Translations under genes and position numbers: made by a program
Notes under the pieces: generated by a model
Seen by the model: only the letters and a program-made list of their open reading frames with translations
Databases searched by the model: none
Told to the model about the DNA's origin: nothing
Shown here: piece after piece, positions 10,038 through 20,104 of the stretch
Position numbering within the stretch: the stretch's first letter is position 1
Layout: every line of letters starts with the position of its first letter
Assembly (NCBI GenBank): GCA_963847095.1
Contig: CAWJYS010000021.1
Span: 123,590 to 187,589 of the forward strand
Source of the DNA: Methanotrichaceae archaeon
GTDB taxonomy: Archaea; Halobacteriota; Methanosarcinia; Methanotrichales; Methanotrichaceae
DNA length: 64,000 nt
Direction: 5' to 3'

Positions 10038-10664
10038 ATGGACCTTAATTTAACAGGTGAACTTTGGGGTATGCCTATTAGTTTTATAGGCCAAATGACG
10101 GAAGAATCATCTATAGAGATTACTGATTGGTTACCTTCATTAATATCAATCGTCGTCGTGATAATAGGCGGTTTCATAACATATTCATCAACGATAAGTA
10201 TAGAAGAAAGAAAACTACAATATGAACTAAAAAAGAAAGCTTATTTTGATGTATTGGATGTAGTTCCTAAAATGGATGAAGTAATGAAATCTTGGGATAT
10301 ATATTGGTCTAATTACAATTCGCTTGATCGTGAAATGGAGAGGTTACAAACTGATAGGCCGAATTATATACAGAAAGACAAAGTTATAGTGGAAAGACTA
10401 AAAGAATCGGCAGATTTATTACAATCATATCAGATAAAAATACTAATTTGCGCTAATGAAGACGTAACCACTAGTTTTGATAAGGTAATGAACATGTTTA
10501 AAGATGAATTAAAGAGGTATGATTCATCTAACGAAGGTAAATATGATACCTTTAGTGACGAGCCTTATGATACCTTTAGCGGTATCCTATTCAAGGAATT
10601 AATACCAGCAATGAGAAATGATTTAATGAAAAGCAAAAAACAATGGTGGAAATTTTGGAAATAA
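10038..10664 (+). CDS. Hypothetical membrane-anchored protein
   Basis: 208 aa with one N-terminal TM segment (LISIVVVIIGGFITY). AT-rich. Confidence 0.5.
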   Translation: MDLNLTGELWGMPISFIGQMTEESSIEITDWLPSLISIVVVIIGGFITYSSTISIEERKLQYELKKKAYFDVLDVVPKMDEVMKSWDIYWSNYNSLDREMERLQTDRPNYIQKDKVIVERLKESADLLQSYQIKILICANEDVTTSFDKVMNMFKDELKRYDSSNEGKYDTFSDEPYDTFSGILFKELIPAMRNDLMKSKKQWWKFWK

Positions 10665-10974
10665 TTTTTATTTTTCTTTCATTCCCAGAGGTCACTCTGT
10701 TAACATGTTCATTCCATAGTTTATGAGAATAACCTCTTCCTGGAGCACACCATCACGATATCCATACCTTTACCAATATAAGGAGATTACAGAATTAGGG
10801 AGGGAGGATAGACCCATAAGGAGGCAAGCTTTTTCCTATCAGATCTACTCCCAATCTCATAATGTGATTTGTTCTAATATATAGATTGTGAGACAATATA
10901 AACGTTTAAATGTCATGTACCAATGATATAGAAGTTATTAAAAGCAAAATGATACAAACAGTTGGACGGGGGAA

Positions 10975-11277
10975 ATGGTCCGATATAGACCTGCTATCAA
11001 GATCGTGCTAAGGATTCTTGAGTGCATAGCTACAAGGCAATCAAGTGGGCGGGCCTTAAAAACTCATATAATCCAATGTGCAAACCTGAAGACCACTTCC
11101 GCTGAAAAGTATCTTGAGATGCTGAGAGAGGCGGGGTATGTCATTGAGAATAGAGAGAACTGGGGGGAGCGTGTGGTCATTGTATATGAGCTGACCCCTT
11201 TAGGGAGAGAGCGGTATAACTGGTTCAATAGGATCAATACCGAGCTTTTCAAGCCAAATGAATGGCTGGATGAGTGA
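10975..11277 (+). CDS. Small winged-helix transcriptional-regulator-like protein
   Basis: 100 aa with an archaeal wHTH-like pattern (TSAEKYLEMLREAGYV...ELTPLGRE). Confidence 0.5.
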   Translation: MVRYRPAIKIVLRILECIATRQSSGRALKTHIIQCANLKTTSAEKYLEMLREAGYVIENRENWGERVVIVYELTPLGRERYNWFNRINTELFKPNEWLDE

Positions 11278-11636
11278 TAATTACGGTCGAGGCCAATAAT
11301 AATCTTACAGATAGCTCTTATGAGCTGGTTGAGAGGATTGAGCGCAAAAGGATGTTGTTGACTGTAATCGTTATCGCTTGTTTTGTTCTTGCACCTATAG
11401 GAATAGGCAAAACTACTCATTCTATCATAGCAACATCTCACGAGAAAGGAGATTGGTCGAATACAAATATAGCTTCCACAGGAATTATTTTTGCAATTTC
11501 GGCTATGCTACTTGCTATGGGTATAAAGAAATATAAGGTGATCAAAGACTTAAAAAGCAAGCTAGCGCAGATGCAACTTTTTGAAGAGACAATCTATAAT
11601 GAGGTGCTAAAGTCAAATATGCGCCAATTGGAGTAG
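11274..11636 (+). CDS. Small membrane protein
   Basis: 120 aa with two hydrophobic segments. Its start overlaps the stop of 10975-11277. Confidence 0.4.
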   Translation: MIITVEANNNLTDSSYELVERIERKRMLLTVIVIACFVLAPIGIGKTTHSIIATSHEKGDWSNTNIASTGIIFAISAMLLAMGIKKYKVIKDLKSKLAQMQLFEETIYNEVLKSNMRQLE

Positions 11637-11686
11637 ACGATTATCAATTATCTGACAACCAAATGAAACCTAAAAACCAATGTCGG

Positions 11687-11740
11687 ATGGGGCCACTGCG
11701 ATTTGAACGCAGGTCACAAGACCCCCAGTCTTGTAGGATA
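11687..11740 (-). repeat. 54-nt perfect duplicate of the 3' part of tRNA-Pro(GGG), from the anticodon stem to the discriminator: att-site-like island boundary
   Basis: Identical to 21295-21348. Identity ends exactly at the tRNA discriminator on one side and inside the D-arm region on the other. Confidence 0.8.
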
Positions 11741-12220
11741 TCATTGAGCTTACGATTTCAATCCAAGGCTTTGTCCATAGAGCGCTTTATTCATATAGAG
11801 AAGATGAAGGCTTCTTAGGCCGCTTTAAAAGGTATGTGAAAGGAGTAGAGCCTTCGAATCTGATGGAGTTGATTTCATCTCGGAGGCTCTTTATTAGCAA
11901 AGAAATGGCACTGGATGATTTGATTCTCCCGAACGAAGCGTGATATGAATTTATCCAGTGCAACAACGGCATTGAGGAGGCTTATGGCTTGCGACCTTCT
12001 GCCTGGGTGAGCTGCCATGGGCAGGAGCTTTGAGAGCGTGAGGATAGGCGCGAAGTATGTCTCGGTCAAATGGCCGAAGGATGGATGATTAGGGGAATAA
12101 TCGGATTCGTAGGCATGGCCCGTGGATCTCATAATACTGTGATTCCTTCCTTCAACGATTACTCCATTATCTTGAGCAGCAAGAAAGGTATTCCAGCTAT
12201 CCGGGAGGTTTGTTATGCAG

Positions 12221-12790
12221 CTATTGCCGTGCCCTTTGTGCTAGATCTTCGGCCCACCGGTGGATCTCTTCCCAGTCCCTAGTATCGATCAATCCAGGGC
12301 TTGTCTCCTTAAAACCTGCTTCCTCAAATTGCTTGATAAGGGGAGCCAGGGTTCGCCGGAAGATAAAACCCATTTTGTTCTTATCCATGACGCCGCCAAA
12401 CAGGCCCAGAGCAATAGGATGCAGGTTATACTTTGATGCCTCGTCTTCTAAATACTGTTTCCTGAAGTTCTGTATATCCTCCATTTTGCCTTCGCGTTCA
12501 TATAGCGATTTTACGGCTGAAGAAACGAAGATGGCAACCTTCTTTTGGGCTAGGTCTTTCTGGAAGCTCTTTAGAAAAGCATCGCTCTCGCCGGTCCATC
12601 TGCCCATCTTTAGGCCGCCACCGACGACGATAAGATCGAACTCCGAGATATCTTTAATCTTCTCTTTTTTAAGGTCGACTACCCTGACGTCGAAGTTGTC
12701 ATGGCGGAGAATCTTGGCAATCTCTTCGGCGGTTCCGGCAGTGGCGCCATAACGGGTAGAGTAGGCAATTAAGGTTTTCGTTTTTCTCAC
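12221..12790 (-). CDS. Flavodoxin
   Basis: N-terminal KTLIAYSTRYGATAGTAEEIA FMN-binding loop, 189 aa. Confidence 0.75.
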   Translation of the reverse strand: MRKTKTLIAYSTRYGATAGTAEEIAKILRHDNFDVRVVDLKKEKIKDISEFDLIVVGGGLKMGRWTGESDAFLKSFQKDLAQKKVAIFVSSAVKSLYEREGKMEDIQNFRKQYLEDEASKYNLHPIALGLFGGVMDKNKMGFIFRRTLAPLIKQFEEAGFKETSPGLIDTRDWEEIHRWAEDLAQRARQ

Positions 12791-13014
12791 ATCCTTGGTA
12801 TAATGAATTGACGCCCATACTATTGCATTTGATATATTAATATGTTATTAACAATTAAAATTACATTGATAAGTTCTTAAAAACGTATTTAATATGCCTT
12901 GAATACTCTGCAGTCCTAGGCTTGGACAGCCTCCTTTATGCAAGCCGTCTCCATTTTGGGGATATAGCTTTCTACAGAATTAACTTTTTTTAGTTTGCGG
13001 TACAATTAACGGTT

Positions 13015-13782
13015 ATGAAATCGTTTATCATACTTTACCTGCTGGTGCTGTCAACGATCACCACTTGCGGGTGCCAGGAACGTGCGGACGATGGTAGCAC
13101 AAATGGCGGGGCTGTCGTTTCATCCAGCGTGGATATCCAGAGCGGGAACAGAACGTACCCCGCCTATCTGGCAGTGCCCGAGGGCGAAGGTACGTGGCCC
13201 GGTATCGTCCTCTTGCATTCGTTCGGCGGCCTCAATGCAGGATATAGAAATCTCACGGATAAGCTTGCATCAGAGGGCTACGTGGTAATCACCCCCGGAT
13301 GGCTGACCTTCGAGAGGCCCTCCGACGCCGTCATGGAAGCGATTGTAAGGGATTCGGTGAAATTCCTCGAGGACAGAGACGACGTGAACGAAGACCTCCT
13401 GGGGCTGACAGGCTTTTGCGCCGGTGGTAGGTACACAATGCTCTTCTTGCCCCAGATAGAGGAGTTCGAATCAGGAGTCGCCTGGTACGGGTTCCCCTAC
13501 AGAGAAAGCACAGTGAACGAGACGGCTCCGGCCGGGTACATAAATGAGCTTGATGACCCGATGCTCATCATCCATGGCACAGCAGACCAGTCGAGCAATG
13601 TGACGGACATCTACAGGTACGCGACAGACCTCGATAAAGCCGAAAAATACTTCGAGATGAAGATCTACCAGGGGGAGCCCCACGATTTCTTGATGACCGA
13701 AGAGGACGAGATCTCAGAGAGCTTCGCGGCCCAGGATGCTTACTGGCAGATGGCGACGTTCTTCAACAGGACTCTGCAATAA
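13015..13782 (+). CDS. Dienelactone-hydrolase-family alpha/beta hydrolase, secreted or lipoprotein
   Basis: Signal peptide ending in a TTCGC lipobox-like site, nucleophile elbow GFCAGG, and C-terminal HGTADQ and His motifs. Confidence 0.7.
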   Translation: MKSFIILYLLVLSTITTCGCQERADDGSTNGGAVVSSSVDIQSGNRTYPAYLAVPEGEGTWPGIVLLHSFGGLNAGYRNLTDKLASEGYVVITPGWLTFERPSDAVMEAIVRDSVKFLEDRDDVNEDLLGLTGFCAGGRYTMLFLPQIEEFESGVAWYGFPYRESTVNETAPAGYINELDDPMLIIHGTADQSSNVTDIYRYATDLDKAEKYFEMKIYQGEPHDFLMTEEDEISESFAAQDAYWQMATFFNRTLQ

Positions 13783-15011
13783 TAGAAGAGCGGAAAGCCA
13801 ATAAGGGCAAAGGAGGTAGGAGGGAAAAGCTCTTATCGGCTTTCGCCGAAGTCTATATAGACAATTGCCGAGATATATAGGTTTCGGCTTGAGTATGTAG
13901 GTAGGAGTCCTCCAGCAAGCAAGTCGAACTCCATTTTTCAGCCTCTCCTATACCTATCAGCCAGCTCCGATCCCTTATCCGCTAGGGGAATCTCATAACA
14001 GATCCTGGGTTTGTCATACCTGGCCAAATGTACAGATCTTTTTTCCAAACGAGGCGCATAATGGTCCACAGATACACACCCGCGAGCGCAGAAGAATCAG
14101 ATCACATTGGAGGCCTTCTCGTAAGGTTGCTTTGTAGACGATATGCCTGTCCTGTCAAGCCCTCGAGCATAACTAATCCATGGCGCACAGGTCTGGAGAC
14201 CGCCAAGGAGATAACAATACCACACAGGCTGTAGTTACTCCAAGGCTTCCTCCAGGCGTAGTGACGGACATTCCTGAAGATCAAACCGTAGAGTTGTATC
14301 CTGGGGTCCCCGCGCCCATTAGCTATCCCATCAGAGCAGTACAGAGCGGGACATATGCAGTCATCTCTCAGATAGCATACGCAGAGAACGGAACCTGGCG
14401 AGAGCTGCTGCTAGAGTCGCCTTTCACAGCCGAGGGAGAGATAGAATCTCCTCTTTTAGAGTAGTTTCAAATGATACCAGGCATCGAAATAACAGACGGC
14501 GGAGTGCCTATGGTTGAAGCTCCTTCCTAGGAAACCTCCTCGGCAAATGATAGTTCGTAATGGCGGAGATTTGCATCTCTATTATCGTGTGCTGAATATG
14601 TCCATTAAATCCGTACGCAGCTATCTACTCATTTAACATCAGTTATCAACACAGCACAATATAAAATGTACAAGGAGGGGTAGCCCTGAGATACCATTAG
14701 AGGTCTACCACATCGTTTATATCGTCGAATGCCGAGTAGGGTATCGGCAAAGTCGAGCAACATCAGTTTCCCTCCCAATTGTGACATCCTCGGCTTTGCC
14801 CTTAATCGCTTTATGTGGATATATTGGACGATAATCGCTTGAATACTCATCGTCCACTTAATTGCAGTTTGATGAGTCGTATGGCCTATATCTGCCATAC
14901 CTTTTTGCATTAATTCTAATTTTCTCTATGGATAATAGTAGGAACTATGAGCCATATGACCAAAAGGGTCACCCTACCCGAGCTTTCATGCAGCCTATTG
15001 AGCGCATCGGC

Positions 15012-15197
15012 TCACTGCAATGCATCCAGAATCTTAGTTAAAGCAGCGAGCCTGCCTTCAAGCTCCTCTTTAAGGATAACTACCGACGGGGCCTCGCCCA
15101 GGACCTTCATCAAGCCCTCTGAAATGGCTGTGAGGCCGAATGCTGTTATTGCTGCCTGAGGCGTAATCTCGTCCTCGTCGGCATTCTCCCAGAGCAT
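15012..15197 (-). pseudogene. C-terminal fragment of the multi-copy unknown gene family
   Basis: ADEDEITPQAAITAFGLTAISEGL...LEGRLAALTKILDALQ matches the C-terminus of 15732-16352. The 3' flank gagcgcatcggctcactgcaatgcatcc is conserved. Confidence 0.45.
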
Positions 15198-15219
15198 TGC
15201 TTAAAATACATCAAAGACG

Positions 15220-15432
15220 TTGTATAAAGAGATGAAGACATTACGTTATAGAATTCAACTCATACGGGAGGATGACGGGAGTTACACAGTGATAGTCCCA
15301 GCCCTGCCTGGCTGCCTGACCTCTGGCGAAACTGTAGAGGAGGCAATAGAGATGGCAAAGGAGGCCATAGAGGGCTACATACAGAGCCTAGCTGCCAGAG
15401 GGTGGAGATCCCAATGGAAGAAGACAGGATAG
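15220..15432 (+). CDS. hicB: HicB-family antitoxin (UPF0150-like)
   Basis: YTVIVPALPGCLTSGETVEEAIEMAKEAIEGYI motif. Sits directly upstream of a HicA-like gene. Confidence 0.7.
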   Translation: MYKEMKTLRYRIQLIREDDGSYTVIVPALPGCLTSGETVEEAIEMAKEAIEGYIQSLAARGWRSQWKKTG

Positions 15433-15447
15433 AGACCACTGTGACTG

Positions 15448-15681
15448 TTGAGGCCAATGCCTAAATTACCTGTCATACCTCCGCAGAAACTGGCCAAAGT
15501 CCTGGAAAAGAAGGGTTTTGTGTTGGACAGGATTAATGGAAGCCATCACATATACATCCACCCCGAAACTAATGCAACCATCGTAATTCCATTCCATAAA
15601 AAGGAGATGAAGAAAGGTCTGCTTCTGGAGGCCTTGAAGCAGGCCGGGATTACAAGGGAAGAATTGATAGATCTTCTGTAA
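15448..15681 (+). CDS. hicA: HicA-family mRNA-interferase toxin
   Basis: KKGFVLDRINGSHHIYIHPETN motif (YcfA/HicA). Confidence 0.7.
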   Translation: MRPMPKLPVIPPQKLAKVLEKKGFVLDRINGSHHIYIHPETNATIVIPFHKKEMKKGLLLEALKQAGITREELIDLL

Positions 15682-15731
15682 TATGTTTCGCTGCTCTCCG
15701 TGCTTTCAGGTTAACTCCTGAGCGCATCGGC

Positions 15732-16352
15732 TCACTGCAATGCATCCAGGATCCTGGTTAAAGCAGCGAGCCTGCCCTCAAGCTCCTCTTTAAGGAGAAC
15801 TATCGACGAGGCATCACTAAGAACCTTTATCAATCCCTCTGAAATAGCCGCGAGGCCGAACGCCGCTATTGCCGCCTGAGGTGTAATCTCATCCTCGTCG
15901 GCGTTCTCCCACCCAGAGCGCAAACCTTCCGACCATTCGCCATAGCGGTGCATCCTTGCCAGCACGCCGTTCTCATAGAGAATCAGCCTGTACTCGCTGA
16001 AAAAGCCAGAACCCTTCTCAAGCTGTACCCGCTCTTCTTGAGTCAGAATGACAACCTCACGGCGGTAATATTGCTCGCAGTCATCGCTGAGCAGCGGCAC
16101 CAGGGGCGTGACCTTCTCCAGGATTGATTTCAGGACAGCCGCCTCTCTATCCAGGGTTTCCTTTCTTAGAATGGCAATCTTGGGGGCTATGGGCTGAAGC
16201 TCATCCAGTGCCGTGTTCAGGCCTGATAACATGCCTGTGGTTACTGGATTGGTCGCTATTAGCACGGCGTTCTCGGAAAGGTTTGGGGCGGACATTAGAT
16301 TGCCACCACCGCTTTGGTTAGGGCGCTTGCAGGAGACGAGGGTGGTATGCAT
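15732..16352 (-). CDS. Full-length member of a three-copy unknown gene family. The true start is possibly the Met at about 16295.
   Basis: 206 aa. It has a decayed paralogue at 7379-7821 and a fragment at 15012-15197. No recognisable domain. Confidence 0.55.
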   Translation of the reverse strand: MHTTLVSCKRPNQSGGGNLMSAPNLSENAVLIATNPVTTGMLSGLNTALDELQPIAPKIAILRKETLDREAAVLKSILEKVTPLVPLLSDDCEQYYRREVVILTQEERVQLEKGSGFFSEYRLILYENGVLARMHRYGEWSEGLRSGWENADEDEITPQAAIAAFGLAAISEGLIKVLSDASSIVLLKEELEGRLAALTRILDALQ

Positions 16353-16399
16353 ACATCCTTCGCTCCCTGGTATACGATCTCAAAAATTGTTCTTCCAAT

Positions 16400-16415
16400 C
16401 ATCTCAACTCACCAA
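16400..16415. repeat. Left arm of a 16-bp perfect inverted repeat flanking the RHH gene
   Basis: catctcaactcaccaa is the reverse complement of 16715-16730. Confidence 0.7.
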
Positions 16416-16512
16416 TGCCCTGATAGGAGAGTAAAATATTTAACTCTTTTGCTTCTTGGGTGGCTTGATGGGATAAAAGGTTTATAGCTAGAGATTTAGA
16501 CACATAAAGAGT

Positions 16513-16695
16513 ATGGAGTCTGAGAAGAAAACACCAACTAAAATGAATATATCGCTATCACCAGAAGTAGCAGCTGCGTTGAGGAAATTCGCCTTTGAGT
16601 CCACAGGGCAAATGAGAGGAGTTTCAGAGGTTGCAGAGAAGGCGATACGCGAATATTTGGAAAAGCATGGTGTTAAGATTAAAGGGCAGGCATAA
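16513..16695 (+). CDS. Ribbon-helix-helix (CopG/Arc-like) DNA-binding protein
   Basis: MNISLSPEVAAALRKFAFESTG...AEKAIREYLEKH is a beta-alpha-alpha RHH pattern. The start is likely the internal Met at 16543. Confidence 0.55.
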   Translation: MESEKKTPTKMNISLSPEVAAALRKFAFESTGQMRGVSEVAEKAIREYLEKHGVKIKGQA

Positions 16696-16714
16696 GCCCG
16701 CCCTGCATCTCTTC

Positions 16715-16730
16715 TTGGTGAGTTGAGATG
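16715..16730. repeat. Right arm of the 16-bp inverted repeat
   Basis: ttggtgagttgagatg. It is preceded by the hairpin gcagg-N11-cctgc at the RHH stop. Confidence 0.7.
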
Positions 16731-16989
16731 CAATAAGATCTCTATTGCTCTTTAAAGATAACTTTATCGATCTTTTCACTGAAAGCCTACAAAACGCCTA
16801 TCTATATGGCGATAAGCCTTATTTATTAGAATCGGGCAAAAACCAGATATAAGCTATTAGTCTTAAAATCCTCTACTTTATAAATATCGATCCATTACAT
16901 TCTCTAATAAATCCCCCTGATCAGTTCGAAATGGAGGCGGACTTAAATACTGTTGCTTAACTACCTATCTACTAACAGGGGTGCAGTCC

Positions 16990-17040
16990 AATAATTAGGC
17001 TTTTTCTGCCCGGAGAACAACATAAACTATATCTAAGTTA
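16990..17040 (+). promoter_or_regulatory. Conserved upstream module A (TTTTCTGCCCGG.GAACAACATAAACTATATCT.AGTTATCGCC)
   Basis: Four near-identical roughly 45-nt modules lie 40-60 nt upstream of four consecutive genes. The core is TATA-like. Confidence 0.55.
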
Positions 17041-17081
17041 TCGCCAATATCATCACCACAAAAAATAAAGGGAACGGGTAA

Positions 17082-17636
17082 TTGGTGAAAGATGAGCTAG
17101 AAATTTTATACAAAAATTTAGATCACATATCTAAAGCATATTTATCAACACAATCAGAAATAATTGCATGGGAAGCTATTTTTGCACTGGTGGTGGGCCA
17201 AATTTTTCTGGCTTTCATACAGCTAAATGATGATCAAAGAACAGGAATGATTGGCTCAGTTGTTATTATATTAGGATCTATTTTTTCACTGATTTGGTTT
17301 GCAGTATTTCCTAAAACTCAGCATTATCAAAGAGATAGGGTTAGAAAACTGAAAAAGTTAGAAGAACGCATTAGACGTATAGATCCAGAATTTTTAGGTT
17401 ATTCACATCCCGACAAAGACGTCGGAAAAATTAAAGCATGGCATATACTTAAAATAATTCCAGTTATATTTTCTATAATTTGGATATTTCTGTCCATAAT
17501 GTACCCTAATAAACAGCATACTACATATATCATAACGCTTGGAATCACAGTTATATGCTTTATAGCGATTTGGATTTTTATTTTGTGTTTATATGAAGAT
17601 TGGATCAAGAAATGGTGGTTACCTTCTCAGGGATAG
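17082..17636 (+). CDS. Polytopic membrane protein
   Basis: 184 aa with four hydrophobic segments. Preceded by module A. Confidence 0.5.
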   Translation: MVKDELEILYKNLDHISKAYLSTQSEIIAWEAIFALVVGQIFLAFIQLNDDQRTGMIGSVVIILGSIFSLIWFAVFPKTQHYQRDRVRKLKKLEERIRRIDPEFLGYSHPDKDVGKIKAWHILKIIPVIFSIIWIFLSIMYPNKQHTTYIITLGITVICFIAIWIFILCLYEDWIKKWWLPSQG

Positions 17637-18027
17637 ATGCAATACATTCAAACGCCGGTCTTAGTAAAGTGTGCATGAAGTTGGATAATAACCAAGATAG
17701 ATCCTAATATCCCTGCAAAGACTGTGATTAAACTTGGAGCATCAAGATTTGCAGGAAATAACTTGAAACTCACCCATGTAAGGAAACATGAACCTAGGAG
17801 CAAACCGCTTATTTTTGCCCATGATCCTTGGTGAATCTGCATTCATCATAAAGGTATTAACCTTAAAGATAAATAGTTTTTGTGAACCTAAAATCCATAT
17901 TTTGACTACATATTGTGATTAAGTATTCTCATTGCACATAGCATTTGTCTTTTTCTGTTGCTTTTGGTAAATGTCCGGAAGAAGAGATAAAAGAAAAGGG
18001 CAATTGGTGGCGGTTCTGGAAATAAGA

Positions 18028-18312
18028 TTAAGGAATAGGGTATTTAAGTCCACCACTCACCACAAAATCAAAGATCATTGCCGGAAGTTTGACATGGGTA
18101 ATTACAATTTTACCGCTGTACACTTTATTACCTGATTTAAAAACACCTTCAGCATCACCGGCATTAATTCCAAATTCGTTTGATTCCGCTCTTCCTCTCC
18201 AGCTATTCATACCAACTTGACTAACACTGTGATATATTTGCCAATCACCAATGGAAATGGATTTTCCATCCATTGTTATATTCCCACCATATCCGGCTAA
18301 GCGTTCGGACAT
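18028..18312 (-). CDS. Hypothetical small protein (94 aa)
   Basis: ORF only. Confidence 0.25.
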   Translation of the reverse strand: MSERLAGYGGNITMDGKSISIGDWQIYHSVSQVGMNSWRGRAESNEFGINAGDAEGVFKSGNKVYSGKIVITHVKLPAMIFDFVVSGGLKYPIP

Positions 18313-18370
18313 ATAATGATAGATTCATGGGTAAATATATAAGGGTTAGGCTCAGGGTGAAACTATTAAC

Positions 18371-18420
18371 GTTTTCTACCGGGTGAACGACGTAAACTAT
18401 ATCTCAGCTACCGCCATCCC
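18371..18420 (+). promoter_or_regulatory. Conserved upstream module B
   Basis: See module A. Followed by GGAGGGAGAAGAGC-TTG-AAA-CTC. Confidence 0.55.
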
Positions 18421-18444
18421 CATCAATAACGGAGGGAGAAGAGC

Positions 18445-18981
18445 TTGAAACTCAAAGAATTTGTAATTTTGATAGCCATGGTTCTAGCGGTGCTATTGAT
18501 AGCTGGATGCGCTTCAAGCGGAAAAAATATAGGACCATATACAGTAACTTTTGATGGTATTGATGAAGAATACAAATACGGCGGTGAAAGTTCTAAGGCA
18601 AAGGAGTTTAAAACAGATTCAGGGGTTTCATATACAGAATATAGTAGGATGTTTTGGAAAGAGAATATGGAAGGAGATATAACAATTGGAGTCAATACTT
18701 ACGCTATCCCGATGTATAATGATAACCAAAATCCAAGAGAAGTTTTAAAAAGTCTTATAGAACCAAATGATAATATAACGATAGAAAATATAGAGATGGA
18801 TGGCAAACCCGGCATTTTGGCAAAAGAAAAGTTTATTTGGGCGGGCGGTGAACCCGGTGCTACATATATGCTATTTTATTGGCTTGATCCAAAAACTAGA
18901 GTTGGAGCTTATTTTATGGAAAGCCCAAAGAATAAATGGGATGATGCAAGCAAAGCAATGATGTCCATCAAGGTATCCTGA
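18445..18981 (+). CDS. Secreted lipoprotein-like protein (TTG start)
   Basis: MKLKEFVILIAMVLAVLLIAGCASS signal peptide with a lipobox Cys. The RBS GGAGG lies 9 nt upstream of TTG. Confidence 0.6.
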   Translation: MKLKEFVILIAMVLAVLLIAGCASSGKNIGPYTVTFDGIDEEYKYGGESSKAKEFKTDSGVSYTEYSRMFWKENMEGDITIGVNTYAIPMYNDNQNPREVLKSLIEPNDNITIENIEMDGKPGILAKEKFIWAGGEPGATYMLFYWLDPKTRVGAYFMESPKNKWDDASKAMMSIKVS

Positions 18982-19035
18982 ATACCCATCCCTTTTTTAG
19001 CCACTTACCTTATTGAAATGCTCATGAAGCTAAGG

Positions 19036-19085
19036 CTTTTCCTACCCGGTGAACAACATAAACTATATCTGAGTTATCGCCATCA
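19036..19085 (+). promoter_or_regulatory. Conserved upstream module C
   Basis: Carries the identical leader GGAGGGAGAAGAGC-TTG-AAA-CTC seen in module B. Confidence 0.55.
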
Positions 19086-19110
19086 CCTTCATCAAAGGAG
19101 GGAGAAGAGC

Positions 19111-19737
19111 TTGAAACTCGTTGAAGCTGGAATAATCGCTATAACACTATTTTGTTTAGCAGGGAATGCATATGGAGTTATGCAAGTCTATGATAGTGAT
19201 TTTGGCAAAATTAAAGTTGATTTGCCCATGGTGCTAATCCCAAAAGATGGGAATACAGGTACTTGGATAGACTTAGTTAAGGAAGGATCAGAAAAGCCTG
19301 TCATCTCTATACGCATGCAAACAACTTATGGGGAAGATTTTAAAAAATACGCAACTTCATCAGGCTTTAAGAGTATACCGATTGAAACAACAACCAATGA
19401 CGGATATAAAATAATTTATTACTCTGACCACAGTGGCACTAATAGTCAATATCAACCTGTATATCATTATACTGCGTTTATTGATTACTTGAAAGATAAG
19501 GGTAAGATAGTGCAAATGTGGACTTATTCAGAAGTAAATGGGAAAGAAGGAGCAGTAGCTAGATTTGATAAAGATCAATTCCTTGAAATATCCAAATCCT
19601 TTGCTGTTATAAGTGAATCAGAAGCGCAAGCTATAGTGGCGGAAACTGCAAAAACAAACCAATCGCCGGGATTTGGATCATTCTTCGCTATTCTGAGCCT
19701 TCTCGGAGCTATTTTTATCATGCAAAAGATAAAGTAG
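19111..19737 (+). CDS. Secreted protein with a PGF-CTERM archaeal sorting signal (TTG start at 19111; the tracked ORF from 19018 is over-extended)
   Basis: N-terminus (M)KLVEAGIIAITLFCLAGNAYG. C-terminus SPGFGSFFAILSLLGAIFIMQKIK, i.e. a PGF motif, TM helix and basic tail. Confidence 0.6.
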   Translation: MKLVEAGIIAITLFCLAGNAYGVMQVYDSDFGKIKVDLPMVLIPKDGNTGTWIDLVKEGSEKPVISIRMQTTYGEDFKKYATSSGFKSIPIETTTNDGYKIIYYSDHSGTNSQYQPVYHYTAFIDYLKDKGKIVQMWTYSEVNGKEGAVARFDKDQFLEISKSFAVISESEAQAIVAETAKTNQSPGFGSFFAILSLLGAIFIMQKIK

Positions 19738-19996
19738 ATATAGATATTTTATTTTTTCCTACTTCTTTATTTTCCCGGTTCCTTAGAGATCATCCATAAT
19801 ACCCCAAATAGAGCTACAAAGACAGCTACCACATTAGGAGCATCAGGAAATAGCCGAAATACCGCCCATGTAAAGAAGATAGATGCTAGAACTAACCCGC
19901 CAATTCTAGCCCATGATTCTTGATGAATGAAGGACATCCATCATTGAAATATTAGTTTCGTAGGTATAAGGGTTTGGCTCAGGGCGTAACTTTTAG

Positions 19997-20045
19997 CCTT
20001 TTCTGCCCGGTGAGCAACGTAAACTATATCTAAGTTACCGCTGTC
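19997..20045 (+). promoter_or_regulatory. Conserved upstream module D
   Basis: See module A. Modules B and D share an additional roughly 30 nt upstream (ggctcagggyg.aac). Confidence 0.55.
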
Positions 20046-20104
20046 ACTACCATCAAAAAAAAGTCAAACCCGGAGGGTAAAATATTTTCTCAAATTTTGG
20101 GGTA

